The translations under genes and the position numbers were made by a program. Positions 8,106 to 15,227 of a stretch of 39,983 bases of DNA are shown piece after piece. Under the pieces are notes generated by a model. That model was not told the origin of the DNA. It saw only the letters and a program-made list of their open reading frames with translations, and ran no database searches. Origin of the DNA: Gemmatimonadales bacterium (GTDB taxonomy: Bacteria > Gemmatimonadota > Gemmatimonadetes > Gemmatimonadales > GWC2-71-9); assembly GCA_039794085.1 (NCBI GenBank), contig JBDIWC010000037.1:1-39983 (forward strand), read 5' to 3'. Each line of letters opens with the position of its first letter. Within the stretch, counting starts at the first letter, position 1.

Positions 8106-8223
8106 CAACCGCATGCAGCGGAGCGGTAGGTATCCTCGGAGTTGTCAATGTCGTACTCCTCGTCCCCAAGTGTCGATTCTGTGCTGGTGATCGAATCCCT
8201 GCCCGGTGGTGATCTCTGCCGGC

Positions 8224-9429
8224 TCAGGGCGTGCGGGATGCTTTCAGTCGCGTGATCAGGACGACACCGTTGATCGCGGCCTCGCCGTACCGAGCCACGG
8301 CTGCGGGACCCTTCACGATCTCAATGGAGGCAATCGATTTGGGGTCGGTGATCACCAGGCTCTCGGCGGAGAGTCCCTCGGGCCAGACCTTTCCGTCGAC
8401 CAGCAGGAGAGGTCCATCCGGGTCACCGAGACGCACCCGGGAGCCCTTGGCTGCCTGGATCTGCACTCGCTCCTGCCTCGCCCGGGCGGCCGACGCGCTT
8501 GGCGTCGAAGGAGAGGCAGGTGGATCGGTCACCGCGGCATCGCAGGCCAGCACGAACAACAGGGCGGCGAGACTTCCGGCCAGGGCCGGCAGCATCGGGC
8601 CCCGGAGGGAGGAACGGGGACGGGTGATCATGTCGATTCTCCTGCCAAGGTGGGAACGAATGGGGGCAAAGGCCACGGCGGCGATCAGCGGCCGAGACGC
8701 GCGGGGACGGGGAAGATCGAGCAGCATCTCCGCGTAGTGCCGGAGAGATGCTCCCGCATGCAGAACCCGCCGGTCACAATCCAGCTCCAGGGAGAGACGC
8801 AACCTCCGGAACGACCACCAGAGGAGGGGATTCCACGGCATGATCACGAGGAGCACGAACCCGGCATGGAGCAGGGCCACGTCTCCCGCGCGGGCATGTT
8901 CGCCCTCATGAATCAGCAACAGCCGGCGGCGGCGGGTGTCCATGCGCCGAGCCCACTCCGGAAGGACGATCCGCGCGGGCCGGAAGCCAACCACCGCCGG
9001 GCCGAAATCGGTGGTGTATCTGACCGGAACCCCCGCCACCGACCCTGATCTCCACCCCCGCGCCTGCCTGCGGAGCGTCAGCACTGTCGCGGCAAAGGTG
9101 AGACCGACGCCGAGACTCAGAGCCACCCAGAGGAGCCCGATCCACCCCGTGCCCGGCGCGGACTCGGTGATCGTGCCGGCGTTCGCACCGATGTCCACCG
9201 CCGGGATCCAGTGGGAAACAGACAGGTCCCCGGGAAGGTGAAGGGGGGCCATCATCCCGGACAGCCAGGGCCCCAGGAAGGGGAGGGAGACCGAGGCCAC
9301 CATCGCCGTCACCCACAACCACCGGGTGTGGGAGGAGAACCGCTCCCGGAGGGTCCATTCGAGTAGAGCGGCACCGGCCACGCAGAGCGCCGAGACAACC
9401 AGCGCGTTGACCATCCACGACGCGCTCAT
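8224..9429 (-). CDS. BlaR1-like M56 metallopeptidase with C-terminal TonB-receptor plug-like domain
   Basis: GPAVVG, HEGEH zinc motif, WNPLLWW, ELDCDRRV; C-terminal PLLLVDG..IASIEIVKGPAAVARYGEAAINGVVLIT. Confidence 0.88.
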   Translation of the reverse strand: MSASWMVNALVVSALCVAGAALLEWTLRERFSSHTRWLWVTAMVASVSLPFLGPWLSGMMAPLHLPGDLSVSHWIPAVDIGANAGTITESAPGTGWIGLLWVALSLGVGLTFAATVLTLRRQARGWRSGSVAGVPVRYTTDFGPAVVGFRPARIVLPEWARRMDTRRRRLLLIHEGEHARAGDVALLHAGFVLLVIMPWNPLLWWSFRRLRLSLELDCDRRVLHAGASLRHYAEMLLDLPRPRASRPLIAAVAFAPIRSHLGRRIDMITRPRSSLRGPMLPALAGSLAALLFVLACDAAVTDPPASPSTPSASAARARQERVQIQAAKGSRVRLGDPDGPLLLVDGKVWPEGLSAESLVITDPKSIASIEIVKGPAAVARYGEAAINGVVLITRLKASRTP

Positions 9430-9800
9430 GGCTCCGTCTCCTTGAGCCGCTCAGCCAGAATGCGCCGGATCCTTCGCAGCTCCTCCGGCGTCACCGTGTC
9501 GTCCTCCACCAGCCGGGCAATCAGCAACTCGCGGGATCCCTGGTACACCCGGTCGAGGATCTGCTTCAGGGGCCGGTCCCCCGCCGCCTCGGCGGAGACG
9601 AGCGCCCGGTACCGGTGGGCCTTGCCGTCCTTGGCGTGGGTGACGCAGCGCTTCGCCTCGAGGCCCCGGAGCACGGTCAGAACCGTGGTGTAGGCGAGGC
9701 CGGCATCGAGATGGTCCCGGACTTCGGTGACGGTGCCGGGGCCGTGGGCCCAGAGCACACCCATGATGTCGAGTTCCCGGCTGGTGAGGCGGACGGCCAT
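9426..9800 (-). CDS. BlaI/MecI/CopY-family repressor
   Basis: LTSRELDIMGVLW..GTVTEVR..LAYTTVLTVLRGLEAK..GKAHRY; ATGA overlap with the M56 gene. Confidence 0.92.
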   Translation of the reverse strand: MAVRLTSRELDIMGVLWAHGPGTVTEVRDHLDAGLAYTTVLTVLRGLEAKRCVTHAKDGKAHRYRALVSAEAAGDRPLKQILDRVYQGSRELLIARLVEDDTVTPEELRRIRRILAERLKETEP

Positions 9801-9808
9801 GGTGTCTC

Positions 9809-9859
9809 CTATCTACTAAGTACGTAGTAGATAGTATCACAAAGTGCAGACGGTGTCAA
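9809..9859 (-). promoter_or_regulatory. Promoter and probable autoregulatory operator of the blaI/blaR-like operon
   Basis: Minus strand TTGACA (9859-9854)-17 bp-TACTAT (9836-9831). A perfect IR CTATCTACTA-N6-TAGTAGATAG at 9809-9834 overlaps the -10. Confidence 0.8.
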
Positions 9860-9876
9860 GAGCCAAGGTATGGGTT

Positions 9877-9956
9877 CCTGTGGGTGCGCCGCGTGCGGCG
9901 CACTTGGGTGGAGAAATGGGAGTGCCTTGGTGCACCGCAAGCGGCGCACCCACAGG
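9877..9956. repeat. Inverted REP doublet (REPIN/BIME-like)
   Basis: CCTGTGGGTGCGCCGCGTGCGGCGCAC (9877-9903) and its 25/27 reverse complement at 9930-9956. Confidence 0.75.
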
Positions 9957-9985
9957 GTCTTTCCCCTACAGCGACGAAGGCGGCC

Positions 9986-10636
9986 TCACCGCCGCCACAC
10001 CCGCGTCACCCGGGCCGCCAGAATCCGGTCGAGCAACGGAAACTCCCGGTCCAGATACCGGTTCCCCTGCGCCCCAATCGAGTCCTGGCGCTGGGCCGGT
10101 GTATTGCCATATCCGCCATGGAACGAATCCACCACCTCCATTCCATGGGTCACCTCCCCGAACGGCGGATACCCGACCACACCACGGGCATCCAGAGTGT
10201 CGAGCCTCGGGTTGTCGCGCAGGTTGATGAACACCTGCACCGACCTGGTCTCGGGTCCGGATCGCGCAAAGGACATCCGACCTCGGCGGTTGAGTTCCCG
10301 GACCGGTTCATCCCCGAGCCCGCGAGTCCTCCAGGCGGCATTCACCGCCGAGTCGCCGGTGAGGCCGAACTGGACCACGAAGTTGGGGACCACGCGGTAG
10401 ATCCGGAGGTCGTCCCAGACCTTCCGCTCCACCAGATCGAACACCCGGTCGGCGGCGAGTGGCGACCACGCCCGGTGGATCATCGCCACGACCGTGCCTC
10501 GGCTGGTGCGGAAGGTGACTTCGAAGCTGTCGGGTCGGCTCTCAGCGGGAACGGGACGATCGGACGGGAGACGGGATGAGCCGCCGCAGGCCGCGAGAAC
10601 GAGAGGGACCACAGTCCAGGCCAAGGGACGCATCAT
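9986..10636 (-). CDS. Cyclophilin-type peptidyl-prolyl isomerase, lipoprotein
   Basis: YRVVPNFVVQFG, MSFARSGPETRSVQVFINL, GYPPFGEV; lipobox VLAAC after MMRP (start 10636). Confidence 0.88.
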   Translation of the reverse strand: MMRPLAWTVVPLVLAACGGSSRLPSDRPVPAESRPDSFEVTFRTSRGTVVAMIHRAWSPLAADRVFDLVERKVWDDLRIYRVVPNFVVQFGLTGDSAVNAAWRTRGLGDEPVRELNRRGRMSFARSGPETRSVQVFINLRDNPRLDTLDARGVVGYPPFGEVTHGMEVVDSFHGGYGNTPAQRQDSIGAQGNRYLDREFPLLDRILAARVTRVWRR

Positions 10637-10888
10637 CGTGGGTGCACCTCGGATGAAGGATGCATCATGGTCAGTCGGACACCAAAGAGACCGCCCTCTC
10701 GGAGGGTCATCCCGAGGGTGAAGCCCGAGGGATCGGTGAAGGGGTTCCGAGTCAAAGATATAGTTACGGTCCGGCGTTGAAAATGGAGGCAGGTGGCTCA
10801 TGGGATGACCTGTTGGGAAAATCATTGGGGGAGGCTGGTCATGACGGAGAGTGACTGCAGGTCACGCGGAGACGCGGAGGCGCGGAGG

Positions 10889-11056
10889 ATGGATTGGGAT
10901 GAGATCACGGGAGCGATCATCGATGACGCGATGAGGCTGCACCGGGATCTGGGACCGGGGTTGTTGGAGTCCGTGTATGAGGCTGTTCTCGAAAAGATGC
11001 TGGTTGGGAAGGGGCTTTCGGTTGAGCGGCAGAAGAGAGTGATCTTTGAATATGGA
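10889..11056 (+). pseudogene. Truncated GxxExxY protein gene, copy 1
   Basis: MDWDEITGAIIDDAMRLHRDLGPGLLESVYEAVL..VERQKRVIFEYG, then a repeat arm; catalytic half absent. Confidence 0.85.
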
Positions 11057-11191
11057 CCTCCGCGTCTCCGCGTGAGATTCAGTCGACGTCCTGTTCCGAA
11101 ACGGGGGAGTGACACTTGGAGGAGGGGGACCCAGCCTCCCACCAAGCCCAGGCTACCAGGAGACTCCGAAGAGGATTAGACCCTGGATCCC

Positions 11192-11450
11192 ATGCCCGAC
11201 ATCACCCCCCGGTTCCCCTCCTCGGAGCAAGAACTCGCCCTGCGCCTCCAGGGGTGTGTGCGTGCATACTGGGAGGCCCGCGGTGGTCAGTCCCGCCGCC
11301 AGGAGGACGGTGGGGTCAAGGATGCCGGGACTCGTGGGGAGGTGACGGGTGGCCAGCACCTGAACGCGTTTGTTCAGCTCCTGTCCGAGATCATTCGATC
11401 CGCCGGTTATTCCGAGTCAAAGATATAGTTTACGGTCCGGCGTTGAAAAT
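11192..11450 (+). pseudogene. N-terminal fragment of a PaeR7I/XhoI-like type II restriction endonuclease
   Basis: VRAYWEARGGQ...DAGTRGEVTGGQHLNAFVQLLSEII motif; stop/frameshift at about 11426. Confidence 0.7.
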
Positions 11451-11554
11451 GGAGGCAGGTGGCTCATGGGATGACCTGTTGGGAAAATCATTGGGGGAGG
11501 CTGGTCATGACGGAGAGTGACTGCAGGTCACGCGGAGACGCGGAGGCGCGGAGG

Positions 11555-11722
11555 ATGGATTGGGATGAGATCACGGGAGCGATCATCGATGACGCGATGA
11601 GGCTGCACCGGGATCTGGGACCGGGGTTGTTGGAGTCCGTGTATGAGGCTGTTCTCGAAAAGATGCTGGTTGGGAAGGGGCTTTCGGTTGAGCGGCAGAA
11701 GAGAGTGATCTTTGAATATGGA
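11555..11722 (+). pseudogene. Truncated GxxExxY protein gene, copy 2
   Basis: Same sequence as copy 1, enclosed by a perfect 27-bp inverted repeat (11528-11554 / 11723-11749). Confidence 0.85.
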
Positions 11723-11870
11723 CCTCCGCGCCTCCGCGTCTCCGCGTGAGATTCAGTCGACGTCCTGTTCCGAAACGGGGGAGTGACACTTGGAGGAGGG
11801 GGACCCAGCCTCCCACCAAGCCCAGGCTACCAGGAGACTCCGAAGAGGATTAGACTCTGGATCCCATGCC

Positions 11871-11984
11871 GCGCTTCTTGCCTCGCCTCGCGGCACCACC
11901 GGCGCCTTCTCGACGCCCGATCCCGCCCTGGGCTTCATGCCGCTCGCGCGTTCCCTCTACGGGCATCTGATCGGAGCGGCGTAG
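11871..11984 (+). pseudogene. Probable C-terminal fragment of the same PaeR7I-like endonuclease
   Basis: ALLASPRGTTGAFSTPDPALGFMPLARSLYGHLIGAA* resembles PaeR7I-family C-termini (recalled similarity only). Confidence 0.5.
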
Positions 11985-12103
11985 ATGTCCACGCTTGAGT
12001 TGTTCACGAGTTCCTGGGAGGACCTCTTTCCGGCCGGCTGCGTCTCCCCGTGCAGGTACAGTCATCAGAGTCCGGACGACGGGAAGTTCACCCGCAGCCT
12101 CCT

Positions 12104-12193
12104 CAGATCCCTCGCTTCCGCTCGGGATGACAGATTCTCTCGGAGGGATGACAGATCACGGTCGGGATGAGGCTCATGGTCGGGATGAGGCTC
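12104..12193. repeat. REP-like GATCCCTCGC..CTCGGGATGAC element plus short tandem GGGATGA repeats
   Basis: Inverse family member GTCATCCCGAGGG..CGAGGGATC at about 10706-10734. GGGATGACAGAT occurs twice and GGTCGGGATGAGGCTC twice. Confidence 0.65.
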
Positions 12194-12198
12194 CAAGT

Positions 12199-12282
12199 GT
12201 CATTGTTCATTAGTCATTGTTCATTAGTCATTGGTCATTGGTCATTGGTCATTGGTCATTGGTCATTGTTCATTGGCCATTG
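12199..12282. repeat. Heptamer tandem array, 12 x GTCATTG variants (STRR2-like)
   Basis: Twelve consecutive 7-nt units counted; the array overlaps the stop codon of the FG-GAP gene. Confidence 0.92.
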
Positions 12283-14123
12283 TGTCGAAAGAACCTCACC
12301 CCTCCTCCGACTCCGCCCAGGATCAGATCGGCTCGTCCGTCACCATCGAGATCACCGAGAACCGGTGCGGCAAGGGCGGGGGCATCGAGCCGGAAGGTAT
12401 CGTCCCGGACAAACCGGGGAGCGGTCCGGGTTCCCTGGTTCCGGTACAACACCACGCCGTCCACCTCCGACCCGATGAGGAGATCGAGAAGCCCGTCTCC
12501 ATCGTAGTCCACCAGATACGGAGAGCTGCGGCGCCCGATGTCGATCCCCTCCCACTCGTCGCTCACCAGAACGAATCGGGGCGCCGTCCTCGTCCCCTCG
12601 TTCCGGTAGAAGTTCAGAGTGCCGGAGGCCTCGCCGATCAGGAGGTCAAGGTCACCATCCCCGTCGAGATCGCCGAGGGTTGGGGTGGTGTTGCTCCCGC
12701 GCGTGATGGTCACCATCGCGGAGTCGACCAGCGTGAAGCGAGGGGTTCCCTCCGCGTTTCGGCCGGTGTTGCGGTACCAGGCGATCCGCGGCCCCCACCC
12801 GCCGAGAAGGAGATCAACCTCCCCGTCACCATCGAGATCCCCGAACGCGGGCGCCAGGTGATAGGCACCGGCGAACGGGGCGGGCAGGACCCCGCGCATC
12901 CGGAGCCCCTCTCGTCCCCGGTTTTCGAACCAGTAGACCCGGGAGGTGGAGAGGTCCGCCGGGTCGATCTTGTTGGCCAGGAGGAGGTCGAGGTCCCCGT
13001 CGCCATCCCAGTCCACCAGGGCCGGAATGCTCTCGCTCCCCACGTCGATGTTGCCGACGAGCTGGCGGGTGCGCTCCACCCAGGCGCCGTTGCCATCTCG
13101 AGTGACGGCGATGAGATTGGCGATGGTGGTCCGGTTGGGGTTGAACGCTCCCCCCAGCACCCCGATCGCGACGTCCAGTCCACCGTCTCCCCCGAGATCG
13201 CCGAAGGCGGGGGCATTGTACCCGCTGGTCAGCACCGGGGCCGCGGTGGGGAACTGCACCGGAGTGCTCCGGTAGTTGAAGGCCTCGCAGCTCCCGGTGT
13301 TCTCGATCCGCAGCAATCCTTCCTCGAAGAAATCGCCCCAGAAGAGGTCGAGGTCCCCATCGCCGTCGCTGTCGGCCAGGGCCATGGTGTTGGCGCCATG
13401 CAGACTCCCGCCGAACTGCGCCACGATCAGGATGTCCTCGAATCGGTCGGTGACCCGCCGGAATCGCGGCACCCGGGACGTGCCGGGCAGCATCTCGTAC
13501 CGGCTCGCGGTGCCATCCACCTTCCCCACCAGCAGGTCGGGGAGTCCGTTGCAGTCGAGGTCGGCGATCTGCGGGATGTTCTGCCGGTCGGAAAAGAGGG
13601 GGGATCCATCCTCGAGCCGCAGGGTGTCCGTAGCGAGAACGAACCGGGCCTCGCGCGGAGTTCCCTCGTTCCGGTAGTACCGGATGTAGCTGAACCGCTC
13701 CTCGGAGAGAAGATCCATGTCGCCGTCGCCATCGAGGTCGGCAAAGCGGTACCACTCGCCGATGGTCAGGCCGCCGTAGTGCCGGCTCCGAAGCACGAAG
13801 CGCGGCAGACCGTTCTCCTCCGTCCCGTCGCGTTCGAGGAACATCACGCGATCCGTCGTCTCCTGGAGAAAGAGGTCGTCGTCTCCGTCGCCGTCGATGT
13901 CGATGAGCTGGGGACGGGGCGCGTTCAACCCACCCAGAAAGGGGATCTCGAGCCGTCGTCCCGCGGTGTCAATGACGGGAAACGGCGCCGCCTCCTCACG
14001 CCACCCGTGCATCCCCTGGATCGGCGCCACCCCGGGAGTCGGAGAAGGGGTGCCCCCTGTTCCTGACGCACAAGCGGCGGCGAACCCGAGGCCCGCCGCC
14101 GCCAGGAGCCGGGAGATCCTCAC
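12270..14123 (-). CDS. FG-GAP/VCBS-repeat lipoprotein
   Basis: Many P.L.DLDGDGDLDLL repeats; signal with AAAC lipobox. Start is GTG 14123 (GTGA overlap with the upstream gene) or ATG 14129. Confidence 0.88.
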   Translation of the reverse strand: MRISRLLAAAGLGFAAACASGTGGTPSPTPGVAPIQGMHGWREEAAPFPVIDTAGRRLEIPFLGGLNAPRPQLIDIDGDGDDDLFLQETTDRVMFLERDGTEENGLPRFVLRSRHYGGLTIGEWYRFADLDGDGDMDLLSEERFSYIRYYRNEGTPREARFVLATDTLRLEDGSPLFSDRQNIPQIADLDCNGLPDLLVGKVDGTASRYEMLPGTSRVPRFRRVTDRFEDILIVAQFGGSLHGANTMALADSDGDGDLDLFWGDFFEEGLLRIENTGSCEAFNYRSTPVQFPTAAPVLTSGYNAPAFGDLGGDGGLDVAIGVLGGAFNPNRTTIANLIAVTRDGNGAWVERTRQLVGNIDVGSESIPALVDWDGDGDLDLLLANKIDPADLSTSRVYWFENRGREGLRMRGVLPAPFAGAYHLAPAFGDLDGDGEVDLLLGGWGPRIAWYRNTGRNAEGTPRFTLVDSAMVTITRGSNTTPTLGDLDGDGDLDLLIGEASGTLNFYRNEGTRTAPRFVLVSDEWEGIDIGRRSSPYLVDYDGDGLLDLLIGSEVDGVVLYRNQGTRTAPRFVRDDTFRLDAPALAAPVLGDLDGDGRADLILGGVGGGVRFFRHNGQ

Positions 14124-15220
14124 CGGCATGCGTCGGGAGAAACTCCCGCGGAAGAGCCGCTGGTCGTGGGGAGCCCGATCCCGGCGGCATATCCCCCCGC
14201 CGGGACCGTCACCAGGACCTTCCGGGTGGCTCGGCAGATCGCCATCGCGGTGCCTCTGCCGGTGGGCTTGCCTCCCTCGTGGTCGTGGGCGCCTCCCATC
14301 TGGTGCCGGTTCGTCACCCAGACGATTCGTCCATCCGGCTCCATGGCAATGCCATGCGGCTGCGCGAAGCCGGGGTCTTCGATGACCTCCGAAACGGTCC
14401 ATCCCGTTGTCTCGATCACCGTCACCACGTTGGCATCCAGCGTGGTCACCCAGAGTTCGGATCCGTCCGGGGAAAAGGCCGGTTCGAACGGTCCGCGCCG
14501 GGTGGACACCGAGGTCACCAGGGTCGGGACCTTGCCGTCGGTGACATCGAAGATGTGCACCTGGGCCGTGGCCTGAGCCGTGAGGGCGAGCCACCGGCCG
14601 TCGGGGCTCTGGGCCAGCTGGACAAACGCTCCCGGAGGTCCCGGAATGTCCACCAGGTCCACGCCGCCTCCCCCATCCTCGGCGTCCACACGGGCGAGCT
14701 GATTCACTCCAAGACTCGCGGTGTAGAACCGGACACCCCGGGGATCGGCGATGAGGGCATGGGGACGGGGGAAGAACACGTCGATCTCGTCGAGAATCGT
14801 CATGTCGCTCCGCCGGATCACCGCCACCCGCGAGGGGGGATTCACCGCGCTCATCGACCGGCCCACGAACATGAGGTCCGCCACCGGATGGAGCGTCATC
14901 AGGCCGGGCACCTCCATCTCGGCCGAGGCCACGACGTGGTTGTCGCGGTCGAACTTGAGCACCTTCCCCGCCCCGATCATGGTGAGATACCACCCGCTCC
15001 CATCCGGCTCGACCTGGGTGTGATGCGGCTTGGCGTTGGCCCCAAACCCAAGGGCCTTGAGGTCGAGGGTCTCGACGACCGTCCGGGAGGTGAGGTCGAC
15101 GATGGTGACGGTGGCGTCGTCCTGGTTGGGAACGTAGAGACGGCCCCCGGCGGACTGGGCGGCGAGGGGGGATGCTGCCGCAAGGAGGAAAGCGGTGGCG
15201 AGGGTCAAGTGGAGGGACAT
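14120..15220 (-). CDS. YncE/YVTN-type beta-propeller secreted protein
   Basis: Signal peptide MSLHLTLATAFLLAAASPLAA; RLYVPNQDDATVTIVD, AFSPDG and QPHGIA repeats; RBS before 15220. Confidence 0.85.
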   Translation of the reverse strand: MSLHLTLATAFLLAAASPLAAQSAGGRLYVPNQDDATVTIVDLTSRTVVETLDLKALGFGANAKPHHTQVEPDGSGWYLTMIGAGKVLKFDRDNHVVASAEMEVPGLMTLHPVADLMFVGRSMSAVNPPSRVAVIRRSDMTILDEIDVFFPRPHALIADPRGVRFYTASLGVNQLARVDAEDGGGGVDLVDIPGPPGAFVQLAQSPDGRWLALTAQATAQVHIFDVTDGKVPTLVTSVSTRRGPFEPAFSPDGSELWVTTLDANVVTVIETTGWTVSEVIEDPGFAQPHGIAMEPDGRIVWVTNRHQMGGAHDHEGGKPTGRGTAMAICRATRKVLVTVPAGGYAAGIGLPTTSGSSAGVSPDACR

Positions 15221-15227
15221 GACCACC

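Larger units (their letters stand above)
10745..11870. repeat. Near-identical direct duplication (10745-11196 and 11410-11870)
   Basis: Differences seen by eye: a 1-nt indel, an 8-nt CCTCCGCG indel and one C/T change. Confidence 0.92.

Noticed and set aside
10745..11870. Duplication as a DGR template/variable repeat pair
   Set aside because: The differences are two indels and one C/T change, not adenine-specific, and there is no reverse transcriptase in the window.
12120..12282. CRISPR array
   Set aside because: The repeats are contiguous short units without unique spacers, and no cas genes are present.
14130..14993. N-terminal 288-aa extension of the FG-GAP ORF
   Set aside because: It overlaps the YncE-like gene in another frame and is R/G/P-rich; the real signal peptide starts at about 14123.
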